Below, one piece after another: positions 16,388 to 25,773 of a stretch of 62,662 nt of DNA; within the stretch, counting starts at the first letter, position 1, and the number at the start of each line of letters is the position of its first letter. Made by a program: the position numbers and the translations under genes. The DNA lies in assembly GCA_046485185.1 (NCBI GenBank), contig JAWOHL010000061.1:1-62662 (forward strand), given 5' to 3'. The notes beneath the pieces were generated by a model. The model searched no databases. It was given only the letters and a program-made list of their open reading frames with translations, and was not told the DNA's origin. The DNA comes from Candidatus Fermentibacteraceae bacterium (GTDB lineage: Bacteria > Fermentibacterota > Fermentibacteria > Fermentibacterales > JCC-6).

Positions 16388-17934
16388 AACGGAATGTTCC
16401 CGTGCTTTTTGGCTGGTATCTCCTGCCTTTTGCCCTGAAGCATCTCGAGGCTCTTGATGATTCGGAAGCGGGTTTCACGGGGCATGATCACCGCATCGAT
16501 GTAACCCCGTGAGGCGGCATCGTAGGGGTTGGCGAACTTGTCGCGGTATTCCTTGACAAGCTCGGCCCTGCGGGCTTCGGGATCGGCAGAATCTGCCAGC
16601 TCGTTACGGAATATGATGTTCACGGCGCCCTCGGGACCCATCACGGCTATCTCAGCCGAAGGCCATGCGAAGTTCAGGTCGCTTCGAAGGTGTTTTGAAC
16701 TCATGACGTCGTAAGCTCCGCCGTAAGCCTTTCTTGTAATGACCGTTACCTTGGGGACCGTTGCCTCGGCGTATGCGTAAAGCAGCTTGGCGCCGTTACG
16801 GATGATGCCCCCGTACTCCTGCTTGGTTCCCGGCATGAAGCCCGGAACATCCACGAAGGTCAGAAGGGGTATGTTGAAGGCGTCGCAGAACCTGACGAAA
16901 CGTGCCGCCTTCACGGATGCGTCGATGTCAAGAACCCCCGCGAGAAAACTGGGCTGGTTCGCAACTATGCCAACGGGTTTGCCGTTCATCCTGCCAAAAC
17001 CGATGATGATGTTCTGGGCGTATGCTCTTTGTATCTCGAGGAACTCGCCGTGGTCGATTATGGCCGAGATGACCTTCCGCATGTCGTATGGTTTGTTGGG
17101 GTTTTCGGGAACGAACTCGTCCAGCCAGTCCTCGGATCTGTCGGGGGAGTCGCTGCACGGTATTGCGACCGGGTCTTCCATGTTATTCTGGGGTATGTAG
17201 CTGAAGAGCTTCCGGACAAGGAGCAGCGCTTCCTTCTCGTCCTTGCAGACGATGTGGGAGACCCCGCTTCTCTGGCTGTGCACGAACGGGCCGCCCAGCT
17301 CGTCCTTCGTTACGTCTTCGCCGGTGACGGCCCTGACAACGTCGGGTCCGGTTACGAACATGTAGCTGGTATTCTCGACCATTATGGTGAAGTCGGTGAT
17401 GGCGGGGCTGTAAACCGCGCCTCCGGCGCACGGGCCGAGTATCACGCTGAGCTGCGGAACGACGCCGGAGTAGAGCACGTTCTTCAGAAAGATGTCGCCG
17501 TAGCCCGCCAGGCTTTCGATGCCCTCCTGGATCCGGGCGCCTCCGGAATCGTTGAGCCCGATCAGGGGAGCTCCGTTCTGTGCCGCCAGGTCCATGACCT
17601 TCTTGATCTTCTCGGCGAAGGTCTCGGAAAGTGATCCGCCGAATACGGTGAAATCCTGGCTGAACACATAAACCAGCCTGCCGTCTATGGTTCCGTAGCC
17701 GGTAACCACTCCGTCCCCGTAGTACTTCTGTTTGTCCAGCCCGAAGTTTGTGGAACGGTGGGTCTTGAGCATGTCGAACTCTTCGAAACTGCCGTCGTCC
17801 AGAAGAAGGTCGAGCCTTTCCCGGGCGGTGAGGCTGCCCTGGGAGTGCTGTTTTGCGATCCGCTTCTCTCCGCCGCCTTGCAGGGCCAGCTCACGAAGCC
17901 TCGTCAGTTTGGCGTTTCTGTCCTTTAAGTCCAT
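16384..17934 (-). CDS. mmdA: Acyl-CoA carboxyltransferase (methylmalonyl-CoA decarboxylase alpha subunit)
   Basis: Start ATG 17934; GKLTARER-like [54 protein letters not shown]. Confidence 0.93.
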   Translation of the reverse strand: MDLKDRNAKLTRLRELALQGGGEKRIAKQHSQGSLTARERLDLLLDDGSFEEFDMLKTHRSTNFGLDKQKYYGDGVVTGYGTIDGRLVYVFSQDFTVFGGSLSETFAEKIKKVMDLAAQNGAPLIGLNDSGGARIQEGIESLAGYGDIFLKNVLYSGVVPQLSVILGPCAGGAVYSPAITDFTIMVENTSYMFVTGPDVVRAVTGEDVTKDELGGPFVHSQRSGVSHIVCKDEKEALLLVRKLFSYIPQNNMEDPVAIPCSDSPDRSEDWLDEFVPENPNKPYDMRKVISAIIDHGEFLEIQRAYAQNIIIGFGRMNGKPVGIVANQPSFLAGVLDIDASVKAARFVRFCDAFNIPLLTFVDVPGFMPGTKQEYGGIIRNGAKLLYAYAEATVPKVTVITRKAYGGAYDVMSSKHLRSDLNFAWPSAEIAVMGPEGAVNIIFRNELADSADPEARRAELVKEYRDKFANPYDAASRGYIDAVIMPRETRFRIIKSLEMLQGKRQEIPAKKHGNIPL

Positions 17935-17953
17935 CGGTGAAGAGCCCTTTCGT

Positions 17954-18355
17954 TCAGTGCTGGCAGAGTTCGGTGAGAACCCTGCCGCTGGCCCTGGGGT
18001 GAATGAATGCAATCTTCGTGCCGCCGGCCCCGGGCCTGGGTTGTGTGTCTATCATATTCACCCCGGCTGCAACAAGCTCGTTTACCGATTCGGCCGCATC
18101 GGAGACCGAGTAGGCGATATGGTGGATGCCCTGCCCCCGGGACTGGAGAAATGCGGCAATTGGGCTGTCCGGGGATGTGGGCTCCAGCAGTTCGACCCTG
18201 GATTCTCCCACCCTGAACATCGCCACCCTGACCTTCTGGGATGGAACCTCCTCGGTGCCCAGGTACTCGAGTCCCAGAACGTCCCGATAGAATGCAGCCG
18301 ACTCATCAAGGTTATCAACCGCTATCCCGATGTGGTCAATCTTCTTTACTTTCAT
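17954..18355 (-). CDS. mce: Methylmalonyl-CoA epimerase
   Basis: Start ATG 18355; [32 protein letters not shown] (VOC fold). Confidence 0.93.
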   Translation of the reverse strand: MKVKKIDHIGIAVDNLDESAAFYRDVLGLEYLGTEEVPSQKVRVAMFRVGESRVELLEPTSPDSPIAAFLQSRGQGIHHIAYSVSDAAESVNELVAAGVNMIDTQPRPGAGGTKIAFIHPRASGRVLTELCQH

Positions 18356-19304
18356 CGCCTGAAAGCATCCTTTCCGCTGAGCGGGCAAGTTTGCGCCCGA
18401 CCTCATAGGGCGTTGTGGCGCCGTTTGAAATGAGTTCAAGTATTTGTGCTTCAGTGCCGCACTCCCTTTCCAGAAGCCTTGCCGCGAACAGGGTTCCGGT
18501 TTCGGTCAGAAGGCCCCTGAGCGTACGCCGGGTGTTCTCGAGCCTGCGCCTCGTCGGGTCAATGGAGGCAAGGTGGCCATCCATCAGAGCCCAGAGTTCG
18601 TCCAACCCCTCTCCCGTAACTGCGGACACCCTTGCGACACGCGGCCGTGGCCTTCCCAGGGGAGAAAGATCGAGCGAGGCGGCCACGGCGGCCTCGAGCT
18701 GTTCGATGCCCGGTCTGTCAGCCTTGTTGAGAACTATGAGATCGCCGATCTCCATGATGCCGGCCTTCATTGCCTGAACATCGTCACCGGCGCCCGGAAC
18801 AAGGACAAGGACCGTCAGATCGGCAACTTCCGCGATCTCGACTTCGGCCTGTCCGACGCCGACCGTTTCGAGGAAGACGGGATCGTATCCGGCGGCGGCA
18901 AGCAGAAGGGCGGCGTCTCGCGTGGCGCCAGAAAGCCCTCCCAGATGCCCCCTGCTGCCCATGCTGCGGATGAACACGCCCGGGTCCGTGGAGTGGGACT
19001 GCATTCTGAGCCTGTCCCCCAGAAGGGCCCCGCCTGTAAACGGTGACGACGGATCGACAGCGATGACCCCCACCCTTGACCCCAGAGAGCGGTAACGGGT
19101 TATCATGCGGTCGAGCAGTGTGCTCTTGCCCGCACCGGGAGGTCCGGTGACGCCTATGGTCCGGTGATCGGGAACCCCGGGGAAAAGGGCGTGAAGAAGT
19201 GCGGGGGCATCGTGTGAGCCGTTTTCGACCATGCTCAGCCCCCGGGCAACGGCCCGTACCACGCCGCGGGTTATATCCCCCGCAAGGGAATCCCCGGAAG
19301 TCAT
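18336..19304 (-). CDS. meaB: Methylmalonyl-CoA mutase-associated GTPase
   Basis: Start ATG 19304; GVTGPPGAGKST, AVDPSSPFTGGALLGDRLRM, ETVGVGQAE, KAGIMEIGD, NKAD. Confidence 0.95.
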   Translation of the reverse strand: MTSGDSLAGDITRGVVRAVARGLSMVENGSHDAPALLHALFPGVPDHRTIGVTGPPGAGKSTLLDRMITRYRSLGSRVGVIAVDPSSPFTGGALLGDRLRMQSHSTDPGVFIRSMGSRGHLGGLSGATRDAALLLAAAGYDPVFLETVGVGQAEVEIAEVADLTVLVLVPGAGDDVQAMKAGIMEIGDLIVLNKADRPGIEQLEAAVAASLDLSPLGRPRPRVARVSAVTGEGLDELWALMDGHLASIDPTRRRLENTRRTLRGLLTETGTLFAARLLERECGTEAQILELISNGATTPYEVGRKLARSAERMLSGDESKED

Positions 19305-19308
19305 GCCG

Positions 19309-19710
19309 TCAGCTTCTTTCCTTCTGTTCGTTCTCGATGAAGGAAACCACGGCGGAAGCAGGGGTGCCGGGTGTGAAGATCGCCTTGAAACCGGCATGCT
19401 GAAGCCCGGGGATGTCTTCTTCAGGTATCACTCCCCCCCCGAACAGCACGATGTCTCCCGCACCCTTTTCCAGAAGGATGCGGGCAACCTCGGGAAAGAG
19501 ATGGTTGTGGGCGCCTGAAAGCAGTGAGAGACCCACAAAATCCACATCCTCCTGAATCGCCGCATCGGCAATTGCCTGAGGCGTTTGGCGGATGCCCGTG
19601 TAGATGACCTCCATGCCTGCGTCCCGAAGGGCTCTGGCGATGTACTTGGCTCCCCTGTCGTGCCCGTCAAGCCCCGGTTTTCCGATAAGTACCCTTATCC
19701 TGCGATCCAT
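19309..19710 (-). CDS. Methylmalonyl-CoA mutase C-terminal cobalamin-binding subunit
   Basis: Start ATG 19710; [11 protein letters not shown]12-binding motif, SLLSGAH, GGGVIP, FTPGT. Confidence 0.95.
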   Translation of the reverse strand: MDRRIRVLIGKPGLDGHDRGAKYIARALRDAGMEVIYTGIRQTPQAIADAAIQEDVDFVGLSLLSGAHNHLFPEVARILLEKGAGDIVLFGGGVIPEEDIPGLQHAGFKAIFTPGTPASAVVSFIENEQKERS

Positions 19711-19738
19711 GGATGCCTCTTTCCGATTGAAGTGAGTC

Positions 19739-19767
19739 TTCACTCCGAAGGGTGGGATTTGTATAAT
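19739..19767 (+). promoter_or_regulatory. sigma70-type promoter for 19894-21744 genes
   Basis: TTCACT-17 bp-TATAAT. Confidence 0.55.
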
Positions 19768-19893
19768 GAGTAACATCTTCAATCCGCGGTTTTCTGTAAA
19801 GACTTGCGCCCTTTCTTGAAAAGGGCCGGGGAACAATATTACCGGGTACCGGTACTCTCATATCGTGCCGACTCAAGAACGAAAGGTATATCA

Positions 19894-20358
19894 ATGAAGT
19901 TCGCAGCCGTGCTTGCTTTTCTGGCTTCTTCCCTGGCCTTCGCCGTAGTCACCCCTGCAACCATCGCCGGATATCTCGACCAGATCAATGCAGCCTACGA
20001 GCAGGAAGAGGATGTGTTCTTCATCATCCAGACCGATGAAGTCTCCGGGGAGGCCTACGCCATCTTCTACATCGAGGTGAACGCCACGATGGATGCCTGC
20101 TTCATGGCGGGACCCACACCCGGCGTTGTTCCTGCAACGGGTCCTGACAGGCTCGCCGCCCTCGAACTGATAAGCGAACTGAACAGCTCGTACCCTTTCG
20201 TCAAGTTCGAAGCAGACCCCACGACTGGTGAAGTAATGTGCACCTACACGTTCACCACCGAGAACGGTGTTGGGTTCGAGGCTTTCACGGCCATGCTGAG
20301 CGTGATCTTCAGCACGATAGAGGAAACGGCGGACCAGTTCATCGCCCTCAGGCAGTAA
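19894..20358 (+). CDS. Secreted YbjN/type III chaperone-like fold protein
   Basis: Signal MKFAAVLAFLASSLAFA; LELISELNSSYPFVKF..D..TGEV pattern typical of YbjN-like proteins. Confidence 0.55.
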   Translation: MKFAAVLAFLASSLAFAVVTPATIAGYLDQINAAYEQEEDVFFIIQTDEVSGEAYAIFYIEVNATMDACFMAGPTPGVVPATGPDRLAALELISELNSSYPFVKFEADPTTGEVMCTYTFTTENGVGFEAFTAMLSVIFSTIEETADQFIALRQ

Positions 20359-20386
20359 ACACGGGGGAACCTCGGGGGGGAAATAG

Positions 20387-21421
20387 ATGTACGGCAGTAT
20401 AGCGATATGCTCTGGCAGGGCCAGTACGGGGCTGTGCCGAAGCGTCTGCAGGATCCTTGGCATCGAACCCGAGCCGGTCGAGTTCCACCAGTTCTCGAAC
20501 GGCAACATGATGGTGAACTTTCCTGGCGGAACAGTGCGCGAGAAGGATGTTTTCATCATCCAGTCCGGCGAGCGCTCCATTCTGGGGGACAAGACCGACG
20601 CTTACAGGACAGTCTCGGGCGACATCCTCGAGATGCTTCAGATGATCAGCGCACTGAAGGACAGCGCCGGAAGGCTTACCGCCGTTACGCCTTATTTCCC
20701 CTACGCCAGGAGCGACAAAAAGGACAAACCCCGCATCGCCATCACATCCAAGATGATGTTCGACCTCATAGCCGCAGTGGGAACACACAGGGTTCTGGCC
20801 ATGACACTTCACTGTCCGCAAAGCCAGGGTTTCAGTAATATCCCGGTCGATCAGCTCCACGCGTACACGGTATTCATAAACCGCATCCTGAGCATGGGCC
20901 TCGAAAAACTGGCCTTCATCGCCCCCGATTCAGGCTCCATCCTCGACAACGATTTTCTGGCGCTTCACGCGGCCAAGGGTATCAGGGAAGCCGGCGGTGT
21001 GCCCGACATATCCACGGGTTACGTAAAGAAAGTCAGGGTCGACGACAGCGAAAAACCCCTGGTGAGAACGGTGGAGGGCGTGGACGACCTGAGCGAAAGG
21101 GTCGTGATCATGAGCGACGACGAGATCCTGAGCGGCCGCAGCCTCATTCTTTGTGCCGAGACCGCTAAAGCTAAGGGTGCAAAAGAGATATATGCTTTCG
21201 TCACCCATGCCATCCTCAGCGGAGACGCAGTTAGGAGCATCGAGGAAAGCCCAATCACACGCCTTTACATTACCGACACGGTTGAGTTCGACGAAGAGGC
21301 GGCCGAAAAGGTGAACGGCGGTCCCCTGACCAAGGTGGAGACACTCTCTGTGGCGCACATTTTCGCCGAGGCCATCAAGAGGATCCACCAGGGCAGAAGC
21401 CTCAGCTCCCTCTACCTCTGA
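20387..21421 (+). CDS. prs: Ribose-phosphate pyrophosphokinase
   Basis: QFSNGN, VREKDVFIIQS, PYFPYARSDKK, DDEILSGRS, THAILSG. Confidence 0.9.
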   Translation: MYGSIAICSGRASTGLCRSVCRILGIEPEPVEFHQFSNGNMMVNFPGGTVREKDVFIIQSGERSILGDKTDAYRTVSGDILEMLQMISALKDSAGRLTAVTPYFPYARSDKKDKPRIAITSKMMFDLIAAVGTHRVLAMTLHCPQSQGFSNIPVDQLHAYTVFINRILSMGLEKLAFIAPDSGSILDNDFLALHAAKGIREAGGVPDISTGYVKKVRVDDSEKPLVRTVEGVDDLSERVVIMSDDEILSGRSLILCAETAKAKGAKEIYAFVTHAILSGDAVRSIEESPITRLYITDTVEFDEEAAEKVNGGPLTKVETLSVAHIFAEAIKRIHQGRSLSSLYL

Positions 21422-21744
21422 TGAGGCTGCTCCCCTTCGACGATCACTGCGACCAAAGGGGTTTTGTCGTGAACCCTTTCGAAGGTGTTTGTGAAACCGG
21501 TTCGGTAAGCAACTGCCACGCCTTCTCGATCAATCCGGGCTGCTCCCGGGGAGGCCACAGCCACCCGGAGAGGAACGAGAAAGTCCTTCTGCTCTCGGGC
21601 AGCATCACTGTCAACGCCGGCGAAGACGAATGCGTTCTTTCGGCTCCGGCGTTTTTCGAGATAGAGCCAGGCGAGAGCCACGCCTTTCACTGCGCGGGCG
21701 GTTCTTCCGCAACGGTTCTGTGCTGGAGCGATCTCAGGTCCTGA
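21421..21744 (+). CDS. Cupin (WxcM/FdtA-like sugar isomerase type)
   Basis: DQRG, RGGHSHP, PGESHAF. Confidence 0.7.
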   Translation: MRLLPFDDHCDQRGFVVNPFEGVCETGSVSNCHAFSINPGCSRGGHSHPERNEKVLLLSGSITVNAGEDECVLSAPAFFEIEPGESHAFHCAGGSSATVLCWSDLRS

Positions 21745-21754
21745 GGGGCGTCTT

Positions 21755-22924
21755 TCAGCTCTCGGGGTAGGCGTTCCGTGTTTCCCAGAGGCTTGCGGTC
21801 GTGGTGAGGAACGGTTCTTTCAGCGCCGGATCGAATTTCTTCCCGAAAAGGGGAGTCATTGTCTCCACGGTTCTGTAAAGGTCCCACGGGTCCTTGTAGC
21901 AGCGCCTGCTCCCCAGGGCGTCGAACACATCGGCTACGGCTGTGATCCTTGCCCAGAGGGATATTCCGTCCCACCTGACGCCGGCCGGATAGCCCGAACC
22001 GTCCCAGTTTTCGTGGTGGCCGATGGCTATCTCCCGGGCCATCTCGTCGAACGAGGTCTCGCACTTTGAGAGAATCTCCGCGCCTATTGTGCAGTGGCTC
22101 TCCATGATCAAACGCTCATCCCTTGTCAGGGTGCCGGGCTTCTTCAGAATGCTGTCGGCGATCCCCACCTTTCCCACATCGTGAAGCATGGCGGCCATTC
22201 TGAGAACGTCCCTGTTGGTGGCTCTTTCAGCTTCTGGAATGGAGTTTAGCCGGGCCCACGAATCGTACAGACACAGGGCGCAGGCGCCCACCCTGTTCAC
22301 GTGGGGACCCGTTTCCCTCGGGTCGCGAAGCTCGGCCATGTTGATCATGCGCAGAAGCAGGGTCCGGGTCATCATCGCTCTCTCCAGGGCAATGGCCGCC
22401 AGAACAGCGAAATGGCGCGCGAAGGGTATCAGATCGCTGGAGAAGGGAACGGGGTTGCCGTCCGGATCAAGGGCGTTTATCAGCTGCAGGACTCCCACGA
22501 CCCTGTGCCTGTTGTTGCTCAGCGGAAGTGTGAGGCTGGAAACCGTTCTGTAACCGGTAACCCTGTCGTAAAGGTTGTCGAAGGAATAGGGTGAGTCAGG
22601 GGGGATCAGGGATACTTCAGGAATGGAAAGCATCTCACCGGTGGAGGCAACGAAACCGGCCATGCTGTTTTTGTTCACCGGCACGGTGAACCTTGTGTAG
22701 GGAACCCTCTCGCCCCTGGCCACAAGGGTGTCGTTCTGGGCGTGCCGGAAGTAGAGTGTTTCGCCTTCCATCGTGTACACCGAGCCGGCATCGGCTCCCG
22801 TGGCAATTCTGGCCTCGAGAAGGACCTTTTCCAGCAGGATGTCGAGATCGCCTATTTCACTGAGAACGCCGTCAACCTGCAGAACCCGCTCAAGCCTGCG
22901 GTAATCAGGGGAATGCCCCGTCAT
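21755..22924 (-). CDS. GAF + HD-GYP domain phosphodiesterase
   Basis: GAF (ADAGSVY...SSLTLPL...VGVLQLIN); ETGPHVNRV, LHDVGK, HHENWDGSGYP, ADVFDAL. Confidence 0.92.
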   Translation of the reverse strand: MTGHSPDYRRLERVLQVDGVLSEIGDLDILLEKVLLEARIATGADAGSVYTMEGETLYFRHAQNDTLVARGERVPYTRFTVPVNKNSMAGFVASTGEMLSIPEVSLIPPDSPYSFDNLYDRVTGYRTVSSLTLPLSNNRHRVVGVLQLINALDPDGNPVPFSSDLIPFARHFAVLAAIALERAMMTRTLLLRMINMAELRDPRETGPHVNRVGACALCLYDSWARLNSIPEAERATNRDVLRMAAMLHDVGKVGIADSILKKPGTLTRDERLIMESHCTIGAEILSKCETSFDEMAREIAIGHHENWDGSGYPAGVRWDGISLWARITAVADVFDALGSRRCYKDPWDLYRTVETMTPLFGKKFDPALKEPFLTTTASLWETRNAYPES

Positions 22925-24837
22925 TTTTCCTCAAGCACTGTGCGTATGCGGTTCGCCAGTTCTGCGGTGCTGTAGGGTTTGCCTATGAAATGGTTTCCCT
23001 GTTCAAGAACACCCTGCTTCGAGATGATCTCCCCGGAGTATCCGGATGTGAACAGAACCTTTATCCCGGGTCTGCTCTCCCTAAGTCTTTCGGCCAGGGC
23101 GGCGCCCCCCATGTCGGGTATCACAACATCCACAAGAAGAAGATGGATCGTCCCCTTGAACCCTGTGGAAAGGTCGAGTGCCTGTTGTCCGTCGGAGGCG
23201 CAAAGAACTTTGTACCCGAGTGACGCCAGCGTTTTCTCAGCGATGGTCCGGACCATTTCATCGTCCTCGACAAGAAGGACCGCTTCGGTTCCGCCGGGAT
23301 TCGCCTTGTCATCGGCTTTCTGAGTACCCGAACCACATTCGCGAACCGCCCTGGGAAGCAGGACCCTGAAAACCGAGCCCTCTCCCGGAGCGCTGGTGAC
23401 CAGAACGTGCCCCATGTGCTGACGGACAATGCCAAACACCGTGGAAAGGCCCAGGCCGGTACCCTCACCCGTCTTCCTTGTTGTGAAAAAGGGTTCGAAT
23501 ATCCTGGAAAGGGTCTCCTGGTCCATCCCGCACCCGTCATCCCTGACGAAAAACTCGTAGAAGTCACCCTCGACCTCATAAGCGCATTCTTCCGGGCGTG
23601 CATGGTGACTGCTTCCCGGAACACGAGTGCCGATGATGATGCTTCCCCCGGTTGAGATGGCGTAACCTGCATTCACCACAAGATTTATGACCACCTGCTC
23701 GAGCTGGCCAGGATCCACCATCACATGACCCACCTCTTCCGAAAGGTCCCAGACCAGAGTGGCGTCGGAGTGCAGTATCCGGCCCATTATCCGGTCAAGA
23801 TCCCCCAGAGCTTTGTTCAGGTCGACGGGCCTCGGTTCGATAATCTGCTTCCTGCTGAACGCCAGAAGCTGCCGTGTGAGCCGGGCGGCCTTATCTCCGG
23901 CCTTCACTATGTCTTCCAGGGCATGGCTGATCTCGGGCGATCCTGAAGGCGCTCCGGTGGCCATAGTCGCGTTGCCGATGATGGCAGTGAGCAGATTGTT
24001 GAAATCGTGGGCAATCCCTCCCGCCAGACGGCCCACCGTCTCCATCTTTTCAGAGTGGTACAGACGGGCCTCGAGCCGGATCTTCTCCTGACACAGTTTC
24101 TCAGTCCTGGTCATCTCATCCCTGAGTACCTGGTTGGCATGGAGAAGTTCACGGGTCCTCTCGTCGATCCGGGTCTCGAGGTTTCTGTTCGATGCGGCGA
24201 CCATGGCCTTTTCGAGCGAAAGGCTCCACTGAAGGGCAAAGTTCCTTCTCCGTGACACCTCATGCCTCCTGCAGACCTCGAAGCACACAACGCTGATGCT
24301 CATGAAGAAGAACGTGTTGACGGCTTCCAGCTCCCCGGGAGATGAGGAGTGGACATGGTTCACAAGAAGGAACCCGATGAGGATGGGTATCCACCCCGCG
24401 AGCGCCCAGATGAACCGCAGCCCGAGAAACACGAAGAGACTGACGATCACAAGGAAAAGCCCGGTCTGGTGTGATGCCCGGACGGCATGGTTCCCAGCCG
24501 CCATCATGTACATGATCCCCGATGCTCCGAAAACCATCATGAACGCCGTCAAAGGCTGGTAGACCTTTTTGAACCACTTCGCCCCGGAAACCAGATAGAA
24601 CACCAGTGCTGCGGGTGTTATCAGTCCAAACCGGATGAGCAGGAATGCGCCCGCGCTTTCAGGGTCGACAAAGTGATCCAGCACTGCGAAAAGCCCGAAG
24701 ATTACCACCAGCAGCCCCATGGAAACCCTTATACGGGGAAGTGCGGTTCTGAAATCGTCCGCACGGAACTGCTTTTCCACAAGACCCCACTCGCCGGTGA
24801 AGGCCAGTGTCAGGGGATGAAGCCTCAGAGGCTGCAC
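22921..24837 (-). CDS. Hybrid sensor histidine kinase/response regulator with 6TM N-terminus
   Basis: [13 protein letters not shown]-box, NLVVNA, DDGCGM, FEPFFTT, GTGLGL; receiver LLVEDD...VDVVIP...SGY...KPY. Confidence 0.93.
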   Translation of the reverse strand: MQPLRLHPLTLAFTGEWGLVEKQFRADDFRTALPRIRVSMGLLVVIFGLFAVLDHFVDPESAGAFLLIRFGLITPAALVFYLVSGAKWFKKVYQPLTAFMMVFGASGIMYMMAAGNHAVRASHQTGLFLVIVSLFVFLGLRFIWALAGWIPILIGFLLVNHVHSSSPGELEAVNTFFFMSISVVCFEVCRRHEVSRRRNFALQWSLSLEKAMVAASNRNLETRIDERTRELLHANQVLRDEMTRTEKLCQEKIRLEARLYHSEKMETVGRLAGGIAHDFNNLLTAIIGNATMATGAPSGSPEISHALEDIVKAGDKAARLTRQLLAFSRKQIIEPRPVDLNKALGDLDRIMGRILHSDATLVWDLSEEVGHVMVDPGQLEQVVINLVVNAGYAISTGGSIIIGTRVPGSSHHARPEECAYEVEGDFYEFFVRDDGCGMDQETLSRIFEPFFTTRKTGEGTGLGLSTVFGIVRQHMGHVLVTSAPGEGSVFRVLLPRAVRECGSGTQKADDKANPGGTEAVLLVEDDEMVRTIAEKTLASLGYKVLCASDGQQALDLSTGFKGTIHLLLVDVVIPDMGGAALAERLRESRPGIKVLFTSGYSGEIISKQGVLEQGNHFIGKPYSTAELANRIRTVLEEK

Positions 24838-24850
24838 TTCGCCCTTTCGC

Positions 24851-25174
24851 TCACCGTTCCATCACCCTGGGATGAGGTGTCTTGACCACCAGAAACGTGG
24901 CGTTGCCCGAGTAGTCGTTCAGGATACGCATGGGAGTCCCGTATGCCACGGGAAGCAGGTCTCCCGTGCCGACCCGGTTTAAAACCCCGTCGAGGAACAC
25001 ATGTACCTCTCCCTGCAGAACGATGAGGTGCACGTTCGAGTTGGCTTTGTGCAGGGGAACCTCCTGCCCCGGAAGCAGGGCGATCTGCATGAGAAGGAGG
25101 TGTTCTTCGTCCACGACGGCCCTGCGGCCGAAGCTTTCTGTGCTGTAGAGAGCATCGGTCAGAAGCCTGGTCAT
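24851..25174 (-). CDS. Cupin domain protein
   Basis: LLPGQEVPLHKANS, LIVLQGEV; 107 aa. Confidence 0.75.
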   Translation of the reverse strand: MTRLLTDALYSTESFGRRAVVDEEHLLLMQIALLPGQEVPLHKANSNVHLIVLQGEVHVFLDGVLNRVGTGDLLPVAYGTPMRILNDYSGNATFLVVKTPHPRVMER

Positions 25175-25773
25175 GATGCGGCCCCCTTCGAGATGTGAGG
25201 TATGGCCCTTCCCCTTTCGAAGGCTTCCATGTTCACCGCAAGCGCTTTTTTGGGAACCCTTTCCTCGATGGCACTCTCCCAGCTGGAAAGGGGTATGCCC
25301 TCGATGAGGGTTGAAGCAGCCCCCAGCAGAGCCACGTTGACAACTTTAAAGTTGTCGAGGTCCCTGGCGATTGAAAGCACCGGGACCTCTGTGCAGGGGA
25401 TCCCCCCTTCGGACACGAGCGCGTCGATGTCGGGGTAAACTGCGGACCCGGTGTTCACGGTCATGGGGTTGATGCGGATGTCCGCCGACACCAGCCTGCC
25501 GCCGGGGCGCAAAAAATGAGCCCAGCGCAAACCCTCCATCTTCTCCAGCGCGATGATCATGTGGGCGGTTCCCTGTTCGACGAGAACGCTGAAAACCTTT
25601 TCGCCGAACCTTACGTGGCTGGAAACGCTTCCCCCCCTCTGGGCCATTCCGTGCACTTCGCTTTTCTTAACGTCGAAACCGCTGTGAAATGCCGCGGCGC
25701 ATACGACCTCGCTCGCCAGAAGGATTCCCTGCCCGCCTGTTCCGCAAAGGATGATGTTAGTCGTTCCGCTCAT
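25171..25773 (-). CDS. iorB: Indolepyruvate:ferredoxin oxidoreductase beta subunit
   Basis: Start ATG 25773; GTGGQG, SEVHGMAQRGGSV, NVALLGA. Confidence 0.92.
   Translation of the reverse strand: MSGTTNIILCGTGGQGILLASEVVCAAAFHSGFDVKKSEVHGMAQRGGSVSSHVRFGEKVFSVLVEQGTAHMIIALEKMEGLRWAHFLRPGGRLVSADIRINPMTVNTGSAVYPDIDALVSEGGIPCTEVPVLSIARDLDNFKVVNVALLGAASTLIEGIPLSSWESAIEERVPKKALAVNMEAFERGRAIPHISKGAAS

Noticed and set aside
19711-19893. Cobalamin riboswitch upstream of the B12-mutase operon
   Set aside because: No B12-box or GGGAA/ACTG core recognisable on the minus strand; only a short GCCCTTT/AAAGGGC hairpin
20387-21421. Prs as a degenerate or inactive variant (DDEILSGRS, APDSGS)
   Set aside because: Still fits the DDxIx(S/T)Gx(S/T) ribose-5-phosphate loop, and other catalytic motifs are present
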